In this document: in pieces, positions 53,674-62,020 of the stretch | Layout of the letters: every line of letters starts with the position of its first letter | How positions within the stretch are numbered: position 1 is the stretch's first letter | Source of the DNA: Spirochaetia bacterium | GTDB lineage: Bacteria > Spirochaetota > Spirochaetia > SZUA-6 > Bin103 | DNA: 64,000 nucleotides | Direction of reading: 5' to 3' | NCBI GenBank assembly: GCA_965203905.1 | Contig: CBDBDQ010000005.1 | Span: 2,496,001-2,560,000 of the forward strand | The notes under the pieces: generated by a model | Databases searched by the model: none | What the model was told of the DNA's origin: nothing | The model's input: only the letters and a program-made list of their open reading frames with translations | Program-made: the position numbers and the translations under genes

Positions 53674-54452
53674 GCGACTGCTGCCGGTGAGCGGTTGAGC
53701 TGGTAGACGATCTGCAGGCCCTTGAGGGTGATCCACGGGTCGATGTGCTCCACCACGTTGGTCTCAGCGGCGATCACCTCGGCCAGGCCGCCGGTCCCGA
53801 TCACCTGCATTCCGGAACCCAACTCCGTGCGGAAGCGGGCCACCATCCCCTCCACCAGTGCGACGTAGCCGTACACCAGGCCCGACTGCATGGCGTGCAC
53901 GGTGTTGCGGCCGATGGTGGCGGGTGGCGGGCGCAGCTCTACCCGCGGCAGGCGCGCCGTGTGGCCGGCCAGAGCCTGCAGCGAGATCTCCAGGCCGGGA
54001 GCGATGGCGCCGCCGACGTACTCGCCGGCGGCGTTGATGGCGTCGAAGGTGGTGCCGGTACCGAAATCGATGATGCAGGCGGGCGCGCCGTAGTAGCGGC
54101 AGGCGGCGGCGGCGTTGCAGACCCGGTCGGCGCCGACGTCGCGCGGGCTGTCGTAGCGCACCTTGACGCCGGTTCTCACGCCGGCGTCCACGATCAGCGG
54201 CTCGGAACGGAACATGCTCTGCGCCAGCTCTGCGAACGATGGAGTCAACGGCGGCACCACGCTGGCAAGCGCCACGCCGTCGATGATCGTGGGATCGAGG
54301 TTCGCCGCGGCGAACATCCCGGCCACCAGTACGCCGTACTCGTCGGTGGTGGCCGCGGTGCGGGTGTGAATGCGCCAGCTGGCCCGCAGCAATTCACCGT
54401 CGAACACCCCCAGCACGATGTTGCTGTTGCCGACGTCGACGCCGAGGAGCAC
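53670..54452 (-). CDS. coaX: Type III pantothenate kinase
   Basis: DVGNSNI, SVVPP, VGADR, IDFGTGTTFD, GGAIAPG, TGG. Confidence 0.96.
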   Translation of the reverse strand: MLLGVDVGNSNIVLGVFDGELLRASWRIHTRTAATTDEYGVLVAGMFAAANLDPTIIDGVALASVVPPLTPSFAELAQSMFRSEPLIVDAGVRTGVKVRYDSPRDVGADRVCNAAAACRYYGAPACIIDFGTGTTFDAINAAGEYVGGAIAPGLEISLQALAGHTARLPRVELRPPPATIGRNTVHAMQSGLVYGYVALVEGMVARFRTELGSGMQVIGTGGLAEVIAAETNVVEHIDPWITLKGLQIVYQLNRSPAAVA

Positions 54453-55384
54453 TATCCGGCCACCTGTTGGGCACCGCTCCGCCGGGCGTGCTCCGGCTCG
54501 CTGGCGCTGGCGCCGGTCGCCGCGCGCTGCTCCGGTTCCGCGAAGTCGTCGGGCAACAGCACGTTGTCGATCAGACGGATCCCGTCCACGCGGGCGGCCA
54601 GTGACACCAGGGCGCGGCGGGTTGAGGCAGTGGGCTCCAGCTCCTGCATGGTCTCGGGGTCGGCCAGGCTGAGATACTCCAGCTCCACGGCGGCGGCTGC
54701 GATCGGAGCGCCGGCCTCGCGCAGCAGCACTTCGCGCCGCCGCTCGCCGGCGCACCAGCAGCGCCCCGCGGCCGCCAGTCCCCGGTAGAGGGCGGTGGCG
54801 CGCTGCCGGCCGGAGGCGTCCAGCATGGCGTTGCGCGAGCTGAGGGCCAGGCCATCCGCCGTCCGCACCGTGGCACAGCCGACGATGCTGACCGGCAAGC
54901 CGAGGTCCGCGGTGAGCCGGCGCACGACCGCCAGTTGCTGGGCGTCCTTGCGCCCGAAGTAGGCGCGCTGCGGCTGGAACAGCACCAGCAGCTTGGCCAC
55001 CACGGTCGCAACGCCGGAGAAGTGGCCGCGGCGGGCGGCACCCTCCAGGGGCTTTGACAGCTCGCGCACCTCCACGAAGGTCTGGTAGCCGGGCGGGTAC
55101 ACCTCCTCGGGGGGCGGGGTCCAGACCAGGTCCACGCCCAGCTCGGCGAGCATGGCGAGATCACGTTCCAGGTCGCGAGGATAGGCCGCGAGATCGGCGC
55201 GGTCGTCGAACTGCGTGGGATTGACGAAGATGCTCGCCGCCGTGTGGTGGCATTCCCGCGTACTGCTCCGGACCAGGGCGGCGTGGCCGGCGTGCAGGGC
55301 GCCCATGGTGGGAACCAGCCCGAGGATGCCGGACAGCCGGCTCCGTTCGGCACGCACCGCGGCGGCGCTGGTGACGACGCGCAT
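54452..55384 (-). CDS. panC: Pantoate--beta-alanine ligase
   Basis: VPTMGALHAGH, SIFVNPTQF, GHFSGVATVV, FGRKDAQQL, DGLALSSRN, RLIDN. Confidence 0.97.
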   Translation of the reverse strand: MRVVTSAAAVRAERSRLSGILGLVPTMGALHAGHAALVRSSTRECHHTAASIFVNPTQFDDRADLAAYPRDLERDLAMLAELGVDLVWTPPPEEVYPPGYQTFVEVRELSKPLEGAARRGHFSGVATVVAKLLVLFQPQRAYFGRKDAQQLAVVRRLTADLGLPVSIVGCATVRTADGLALSSRNAMLDASGRQRATALYRGLAAAGRCWCAGERRREVLLREAGAPIAAAAVELEYLSLADPETMQELEPTASTRRALVSLAARVDGIRLIDNVLLPDDFAEPEQRAATGASASEPEHARRSGAQQVAG

Positions 55385-55387
55385 CTT

Positions 55388-56386
55388 TCAGTCCCCGGTG
55401 GCACTGACCGGCGCGGCTCGTGGCGCCGGCACCTCGGTCGCGGGAGCGGTACGGCGCTGGTCGACTTCGGATGCCGGGGGCGCGGGGGCTGGGCCATCGG
55501 CTCCCTGGAGTCGCTCGTGGAGGGCGTTGAGCTCGGCGCGTTCCATCAGGTAGGAGTGCTCACGGTCCGGAAACTGCCCGCCGCGCACTTCCGCGCAATA
55601 GCGCGCGAGGGCGTCGCCGATCTGTGCGCCGACATCGCCGTACTGCTTCACGTAGCGCGGCGCCTCGCCAGTATGCATCCCGATCACTTCATGGTAGATC
55701 AGCACCTGGCCGTCGCAGGCAGCACCGGCGCCGATGCCAATGGTCGCGACCGGCACCCGGCGGGTAATCTCGGCGCCGATCTTGCGCGGCACCGCTTCCA
55801 CCACCATGGCGAAGCAGCCGGCCGCGGCAACCGCCTGGCCGTCGCGAACCAGCTGCTCTGCCGCCGCTGCCGTTCTGCCCTGCACGCGATAGCCGCCGGT
55901 CAGGTGCTCGGACTGCGGCCCCAGACCGACGTGGCCCATTACCGGAATACCGGCTGCTACGATGGCGGCGATGGTGGCAGCGCGCTCCGTGCCGCCCTCC
56001 AGCTTTACCGCGGTGCAGCCTCCTTCCTTGATCAGGCGTACGGCGTTGGCTACCGCGCTTGGCACGTCGGTTTGGTAGGAGCCGAACGGCATGTCGCCGA
56101 CCACCAGCGCCGCCGGTTGCGCCCGGCTGACCGCGCGGCAGTGGTGCAGCATCTCCTCCATCGTGACCGGCACCGTGCCGGGATACCCGAGCATGAACGG
56201 GCCGAGGCTGTCCCCCACCAGGATCATGTCTACCCCGGCACGGTCCGCGAAGCGGGCGCTGTAGTAGTCGTATGCGGTGATCATGGTCAGGCGCGGTGCA
56301 TCACCGGTGCGCTTGGTGATGTCCCGGATCGTGACCTTCTCGCGTTCCACGGCGGTTCCTCTGCCATCGGCCTGACGCACGGACAC
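55388..56386 (-). CDS. panB: 3-methyl-2-oxobutanoate hydroxymethyltransferase
   Basis: MITAYDY, ILVGDSLG, DMPFGSY, VKLEGG, GHVGL.PQ, IGIGAG..CDGQVL. Confidence 0.97.
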   Translation of the reverse strand: MSVRQADGRGTAVEREKVTIRDITKRTGDAPRLTMITAYDYYSARFADRAGVDMILVGDSLGPFMLGYPGTVPVTMEEMLHHCRAVSRAQPAALVVGDMPFGSYQTDVPSAVANAVRLIKEGGCTAVKLEGGTERAATIAAIVAAGIPVMGHVGLGPQSEHLTGGYRVQGRTAAAAEQLVRDGQAVAAAGCFAMVVEAVPRKIGAEITRRVPVATIGIGAGAACDGQVLIYHEVIGMHTGEAPRYVKQYGDVGAQIGDALARYCAEVRGGQFPDREHSYLMERAELNALHERLQGADGPAPAPPASEVDQRRTAPATEVPAPRAAPVSATGD

Positions 56387-56481
56387 CCGACTCTCTTCAA
56401 TTATCGGCAGAGGCGCAGCTATGGCTTGTGGACGGGCGAGAGGACGGAGCGAACAGCACTTCGGCTGGGCGTTGCATCCGC

Positions 56482-56511
56482 GTCGTCCCGGTTATCTCCA
56501 ATCCAGGCAAC
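56482..56511 (-). promoter_or_regulatory. pan-motif-like cis-regulatory RNA hairpin in the panB leader
   Basis: GUUG-CCUGG-AU-UGGAG-AU-AA-CCGGG-A-CGAC, a stem with 3'-side bulged adenosines upstream of panB. Confidence 0.6.
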
Positions 56512-56602
56512 GGCACACGCCTTGCGAGCGTCGCGTAGGTTTCGACCTGTCGTTCACTGCCGCCGCATCGCAGGTGCACCGCTAGCGGTCAGTGACGCTC
56601 AC

Positions 56603-56632
56603 AACCTAACCAACGGCATACTCGCCTGTCAA
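56603..56632 (-). promoter_or_regulatory. Sigma70 promoter of the pan-coa operon
   Basis: TTGACA-18-TAGGTT on the minus strand. Confidence 0.6.
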
Positions 56633-56718
56633 CACTGCGGGAGGAACCGTTAGGAACCGTGCTCTCGAAGCTACCTCCTTATGAAACATGAAGTTATCGC
56701 TACGATCCGAGTGTCGGC

Positions 56719-56747
56719 TTGACGGATCGCCGGGTGCGGCGTAACGT
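56719..56747 (+). promoter_or_regulatory. Sigma70 promoter of cimA
   Basis: TTGACG-17-TAACGT. Confidence 0.6.
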
Positions 56748-56756
56748 GATGGTGGA

Positions 56757-58358
56757 GTGAGGCAGGCAGGATTGCCGTCCGGTGACGACATGAACGGGGG
56801 CGCGGTCATCGAGGTGCTCGATACGACGCTGCGTGACGGCGAGCAGATGCAGGACGTGAGCTACACGCCGGGGGAGAAGCTCGCCATCGCCAAGGTTCTG
56901 CTGGAGGACGTGCGGGTCGATCACGTGGAGTTGACCAGCGCGCTGGTCAGCGACGGCGAGCGCGACGCGGTACGCCAGGTGATCTCCTGGGCCGCCGAGC
57001 ACGGGCGCGCGGACGCCATCGAGGTGCTTGGGTTTACCGACGTGAATCGCTCCGTCGACTGGATCCGGGACCTTGGCTGCACGGTGATGAACCTGCTGGC
57101 CAAGGGCTCGCTGCGCCACGTCACCACGCAACTGCGCAAGCAGCCCGCCGATCACTTCGGCGACATCGCGGCGACCGTTGCCTACGCCGGCGATCATGGC
57201 GTGCGTTGCAACATCTACCTCGAAGACTGGTCCGGCGGGATGCTCGACTCGCCGGACTACGTCTACACCATGCTCGATGAACTGAGCAGCGCCGGCCTGT
57301 GGCGCATCATGCTACCGGACACCCTCGGGCTGCTGGCGCCGTGGCAGGTAGGGCGCTTCGTCGGCGACCTGGTGCGGCGTCATCCGGAGTTGAGCTTCGA
57401 CTTCCATGGGCACGACGACTACGGCATGGCGACCGCGAACACGCTCGCCGCGGTGGAAGCGGGGGTTACCTGCGTCCACTGTACCGTGAACGGCATGGGT
57501 GAGCGGGCCGGCAACACCCCGCTGGACGAGGTGGTGGTGGGCATTCACGACTTCCTGGACCGGCGAACCCGGATCGACGAGACCAGGCTGATCACCGCCA
57601 GTGAGCGCGTGGAGGTGTTTTCCGGGCGCAGGGTACCCTTCAACAAGCCGATCGTGGGCCCCAACGTGTTCACCCAGACCGCCGGCATCCACGCCGACGG
57701 CGATCACAAGGGAGACCTCTACGCCAGCCGACTGTCCCCGGAACGGTTCGCCCGCCGGCGCCGCTACGCGCTCGGCAAACTCAGCGGCAAGCGCAGCCTG
57801 GAGTTCAACCTGACCGATCTGGGAATCGAGTTGGACGAGGAACAGTCCCGGCTGGTGCTGGAGCGTATCAAGGAACTCGCCGACAGCAAGCAGACCATCA
57901 CCCAGGACGATCTTCCATTCATCATCTCCGATGTGCTGGAGACCCCCCACGACCGCACCTTCATCCTGGAGAGTTGCGTGGTGGTGTCCAGCATCGGTCT
58001 CAAACCGGTGGCGACGATCAAGGTCTCCCACCGCAACGCCGCCGGAACGTTCGACGAGTACGAGGCCAGCAGCCAGGGCGACGGCGGCTACGATGCGTTC
58101 ATGAACGCCGTTCGCAGTATTGGCGGCGAGCTCGGACTTTCGTTGCCGCGGCTGGCCGATTACAACGTGTCGATTCCGCCCGGTGGCAAGTCGGACGCCA
58201 TCGTGCAGTGTTCCATCACCTGGCTCCACCCCGATCGTCCGGGTGAGGTGTTCAACACCAAGGGCGTGCACAGCGACCAGGTGCTGGCGGCGGCCCAGGC
58301 CACCGAGAAGATGCTCAATCTGGTGGCATCCGGAACCCTGGCCCCGGTCTATGGCTAG
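56757..58358 (+). CDS. cimA: (R)-citramalate synthase / LeuA-family protein
   Basis: DTTLRDGEQ, IYLEDWSGGM, MLPDTLG, FHGHDDYG, GERAGN, TQTAGIHADGD and a C-terminal regulatory domain, as in Leptospira-type CimA; start GTG 56757 or ATG 56790. Confidence 0.85.
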   Translation: MRQAGLPSGDDMNGGAVIEVLDTTLRDGEQMQDVSYTPGEKLAIAKVLLEDVRVDHVELTSALVSDGERDAVRQVISWAAEHGRADAIEVLGFTDVNRSVDWIRDLGCTVMNLLAKGSLRHVTTQLRKQPADHFGDIAATVAYAGDHGVRCNIYLEDWSGGMLDSPDYVYTMLDELSSAGLWRIMLPDTLGLLAPWQVGRFVGDLVRRHPELSFDFHGHDDYGMATANTLAAVEAGVTCVHCTVNGMGERAGNTPLDEVVVGIHDFLDRRTRIDETRLITASERVEVFSGRRVPFNKPIVGPNVFTQTAGIHADGDHKGDLYASRLSPERFARRRRYALGKLSGKRSLEFNLTDLGIELDEEQSRLVLERIKELADSKQTITQDDLPFIISDVLETPHDRTFILESCVVVSSIGLKPVATIKVSHRNAAGTFDEYEASSQGDGGYDAFMNAVRSIGGELGLSLPRLADYNVSIPPGGKSDAIVQCSITWLHPDRPGEVFNTKGVHSDQVLAAAQATEKMLNLVASGTLAPVYG

Positions 58359-59781
58359 CGTGACCTCCGGGCGCAAACTGTGGGACAAGAACGAGCCGCT
58401 GGACGCGCTCATCGAACAGTTCACCGTGGGCGACGACTACCGGCTCGACCGCGCCCTGGTGGCGGCGGACTGCGTGGCTTCGCTGGCCCATGCCACCATG
58501 CTGGCGGCGATCGAGGTAATCACGCCGGCGCAACTGGAGGAACTGCGGGGCGCCCTGCTGGAAGCTCTGGAGCTGGCCCAGCGCAGCGCCTTTACCATTG
58601 AACGGGCGGATGAAGACGGGCACACCGCGCTGGAGCGGTTCCTCACCCAGCGTACCGCCGCCGGCGCCAGGATCCACACCGGACGGTCACGCAACGACCA
58701 GGTGATGGCGGCGCTGCGGCTGTACGGGCGCGAGGCGCTTACCGAGCTGCAGCACTCCGTGCTCGATTTGGCGGATGCACTGTTCGCCTTCGCCGTCCGC
58801 TACGAGCGCAGCCCCATGCCCGGCCGCACCCATACCCAGGTGGCGATGCCATCGACGCTTGGGGTGTGGGCGGCAGCCTTCGCCGAGGAGCTGCTGGATG
58901 ACCTGGCCCTGGTGGCCACCTGCTACCGGCTGACCAACCGGTCGCCGCTGGGATCTGCCGCCGGCTATGGAGCGCCGCTGCCGCTCGATCGCGAGCAGGT
59001 GGCCGGCCTGCTGGGATTCGAGGGGCCGGTGCACAACGTGCTGGCGGCCGCCAACAGCCGCGGCAAGCTGGAAGCCGCAACCCTCGACGCGCTCGACCAG
59101 GTGGCCATCACCGTGAGCCGGCTGGCGCAGGACCTGATCCTGTTCTCGCTGCCGGAGCTCGGCTACGTGACCTTGCCGGCGGAACTGTGCACGGGCAGCA
59201 GCATCATGCCGCACAAGCGCAATCCGGACGGCCTGGAGCTGGTGCGGGCGCGGGCGGCGGCGGTGTCGGCACTCGCCGGCGCCGTCAAGGGAATCGTGCG
59301 CAACCTGCCCAGCGGCTACCACCGTGACCTGCAGGAGACCAAGCGGCCCTACCTGACGGCCCTGGATACGGTGATCGGGCAGGTGCTGGTCATGACCCTG
59401 ACGGTCGAGCGGCTGCAGGTCAGCGAGGCGGCGCTGGCCCGTTCGCTTACTCCGGAGCTGTATGCCACCGATGCCGCATTCGCGCTGGTGCAGCAGGGCG
59501 TGGCGTTTCGCGATGCCTACCATCAGGCGGCGCAGGGCGCCGCGCTCGCCGGTGCCAACGACACCGGCGGCGCGGCCACGCCGGCGACAGGGGCGGCGTT
59601 GGCGGCCAGGACGGCCACCGGGACGGCGGGCAACCTGGGCCTGGCCGAGCGCCGGCGTCTGGTGGCGGCGGAACGGCAACGGGTGACGGACGCCGCGGGC
59701 TGTGCCGCCGCGCCGCTGACCGCGCTCATGGGACGGCCGGTAGCGGTGTACCGGAATCCGTGGCGGGACGCCGACGCATGA
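58351..59781 (+). CDS. argH: Argininosuccinate lyase
   Basis: IHTGRSRNDQV, MPGRTHTQVA, SPLGSAAGYG, TGSSIMPHKRNPD, GYHRDLQETK. Confidence 0.95.
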   Translation: MASVTSGRKLWDKNEPLDALIEQFTVGDDYRLDRALVAADCVASLAHATMLAAIEVITPAQLEELRGALLEALELAQRSAFTIERADEDGHTALERFLTQRTAAGARIHTGRSRNDQVMAALRLYGREALTELQHSVLDLADALFAFAVRYERSPMPGRTHTQVAMPSTLGVWAAAFAEELLDDLALVATCYRLTNRSPLGSAAGYGAPLPLDREQVAGLLGFEGPVHNVLAAANSRGKLEAATLDALDQVAITVSRLAQDLILFSLPELGYVTLPAELCTGSSIMPHKRNPDGLELVRARAAAVSALAGAVKGIVRNLPSGYHRDLQETKRPYLTALDTVIGQVLVMTLTVERLQVSEAALARSLTPELYATDAAFALVQQGVAFRDAYHQAAQGAALAGANDTGGAATPATGAALAARTATGTAGNLGLAERRRLVAAERQRVTDAAGCAAAPLTALMGRPVAVYRNPWRDADA

Positions 59782-61121
59782 GCGGCAGGGGGCGGGCGCC
59801 GCGGCAGAGCGCCTTTCTGGTCGGCCTGCAGACCGCGCCCGCGGGCGCCCCGGAGGCGGCAAACGGCCGCGCCGCTGCGGTTGCCGGCAGCGCTCCGGAG
59901 GCCGCGCAGTGGGATGTCGAACAGTGTCTCGAGGAGTTGGCACGGTTGGCCGACAGCGCCGGGCTGCGGGTCGTGGGTCGCACCTGGCAGCGTCGTGCCC
60001 AGCCGGATCCGCGGACCTACCTGGGCGGCGGCAAACTCGCCGAGGTGGTGGCTGCGGCGCGCGCGGTGGGGGCCGACGTGGTGCTGTTCGACGACGAGTT
60101 GACGCCGTCGCAACTGCGCAACGTGGAACACTCCCTCGGCGAAGAGCTGCCGGTGGTCGATCGCACCGCGCTGATCCTCGACATATTCGCCCGCCATGCG
60201 CGCAGCCGGGAGGGCCAGCTCCAGGTCGAGCTGGCGCAGCTCGAGTACCGGCTGCCGCGCCTCACCCGGCTGTGGACGCACCTGGCCCGGCAGGCGGGCG
60301 GCCGTGCCGGCATGGGAGTGGGGGTGCGCGGCCCGGGCGAAACCCAGATCGAGGTCGACCGGAGGCGCATTCGCCAGCGTCTGGGCGCGCTGCGCACCCG
60401 CATCCGCAGCCTGGCGCATCGGCGGCGCCACGGCCGCGCCCGCCGGCAGCAGTCCGGCAGCCCGGTGCTGGCGCTGGTCGGGTACACCAACGCCGGCAAG
60501 AGCACGCTGATGAATCGGCTCACCGGAGCGGGGGTGCACGCCGCGGATCAGCTCTTCGCCACCCTCGATCCCACCACCCGGCAAGTGGATCTGGGAGACG
60601 GGCGGCGAGCCCTGCTCACCGACACCGTCGGCTTTGTCCACAAGCTGCCGCATCAGCTCGTGGCGGCGTTCCGCGCCACGTTGGAGGAAGTTGCCGGGGC
60701 GGACCTGTTGCTGGTGGTGGCAGACGCCAGCGACCCCAGTCGCCGCCATCAGCAACAGGCGGTGGCGGAAGTGCTGCAGGAGATCGGCGCCGCCGCCATC
60801 CCGCGTCTGACCGTTCTCAACAAGATCGACCTGGTAGAGCGGGACTCCCCGTTGCGGCTGCGGCTGGATGACGCGATGCCGGTCAGCGCGGTGACCGGTG
60901 AGGGTATCGACGACCTGCGGCGCGCACTGCGGCAGCACCTGTCCGCGGACCACGTGCACGTGGAGGTCAAGGTCCCCTACGCCGAGTCGCGGCTGCTGGG
61001 GCTGCTGCGCGCCGCCGGTCGCATCGAGCAGCAGGAAGCGGCGGCGGACGGCTATCGCGTAACTGCGGTGGTGCCGCCTCGTCTCGCCGCCACGCTGCGC
61101 GACGCACTGGCAAGCCGATGA
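59778..61121 (+). CDS. hflX: GTPase HflX
   Basis: DRTALILDIFARHA, RGPGETQIEVDRR, GYTNAGKST, LFATLDPT, DTVGF, NKID. Confidence 0.97.
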   Translation: MSGRGRAPRQSAFLVGLQTAPAGAPEAANGRAAAVAGSAPEAAQWDVEQCLEELARLADSAGLRVVGRTWQRRAQPDPRTYLGGGKLAEVVAAARAVGADVVLFDDELTPSQLRNVEHSLGEELPVVDRTALILDIFARHARSREGQLQVELAQLEYRLPRLTRLWTHLARQAGGRAGMGVGVRGPGETQIEVDRRRIRQRLGALRTRIRSLAHRRRHGRARRQQSGSPVLALVGYTNAGKSTLMNRLTGAGVHAADQLFATLDPTTRQVDLGDGRRALLTDTVGFVHKLPHQLVAAFRATLEEVAGADLLLVVADASDPSRRHQQQAVAEVLQEIGAAAIPRLTVLNKIDLVERDSPLRLRLDDAMPVSAVTGEGIDDLRRALRQHLSADHVHVEVKVPYAESRLLGLLRAAGRIEQQEAAADGYRVTAVVPPRLAATLRDALASR

Positions 61122-61828
61122 GTGAAGAACGTATCGTCCTGATCGAGGACGACCCCGCGGTGGCGAAGGGGCTCAGCTTCGCCCTGGAGCAGGAAGGATA
61201 CGCCGTCAGCTGGGCCGGAGACGGTTCGCAGGGGCACCGGATGGTGGCCCATCAGTCTCCGCATCTGATCATCCTCGATATCCGCCTGCCGGACACCAGC
61301 GGCTTCGATCTGTGCCGGAAGCTGCGCCAGGAGGGATTCCGCCAGCCGATCCTGATGCTCACTGCGCGCGACGAGGAGGTGGACAAGGTGCTCGGCTTCG
61401 AGTTGGGCGCCGACGACTACGTGGTCAAGCCATACCAGTTGCGGGAGTTGCTGTCACGCATCCGCGCCCTGCTGCGCCGCGCCTACGGCGAGCTGTCCCG
61501 GCGCAGCAGCAACGAGAAGATCACGTTCGACGACGTAACCATCGACCTGGAGTTGCTGCAGGTGTATCGCGACGGCCGAATCGTGTATCTCACGCCCACC
61601 GAGTTCCGCCTGCTGCGCTACCTGGTCTCCAATCCCGACCGGCCGGTGACTCGCGACCAGATCCTCGAGGCGGTGTGGGGATACCACGCCGAGGTGGGCT
61701 ACGATCGCACGGTGGACGTCCACATGCGCCACCTGCGGGAGAAGCTGGAACGCGATCCCACCCATCCGCGGCGTCTCATCACGGTACGCGGCCATGGCTA
61801 CAAGTTCGCCCACACCGCTGTGCCCTAG
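61118..61828 (+). CDS. OmpR-family response regulator
   Basis: LIEDD, ILDIRLPD, MLTAR, GADDYVVKP, LTPTEFRLL, RTVDVH, TVRGHGY. Confidence 0.96.
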   Translation: MSEERIVLIEDDPAVAKGLSFALEQEGYAVSWAGDGSQGHRMVAHQSPHLIILDIRLPDTSGFDLCRKLRQEGFRQPILMLTARDEEVDKVLGFELGADDYVVKPYQLRELLSRIRALLRRAYGELSRRSSNEKITFDDVTIDLELLQVYRDGRIVYLTPTEFRLLRYLVSNPDRPVTRDQILEAVWGYHAEVGYDRTVDVHMRHLREKLERDPTHPRRLITVRGHGYKFAHTAVP

Positions 61829-62020
61829 CGCCAGCTCGCGGCAGCCCGTCCGCGGTCCGCAACGCCGCCTGATCCGGCGTGCGTGGATCTGGCCGCCGGT
61901 CGGCTCGGCCGGGTATCTTGTGGGGAAGAGTGACCATGCGGAGAGGAGGGTGGTTCTTTTCCTGCTGGCCGCAGCGAGCCTGCTGGTGGCGGAAGCACTT
62001 GAGAGAGAGGGCGCCTGACT

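Noticed and set aside
61794-62018. 74-aa ORF between regulator and kinase
   Set aside because: Overlaps the regulator end, has no motif and shows weak codon bias.
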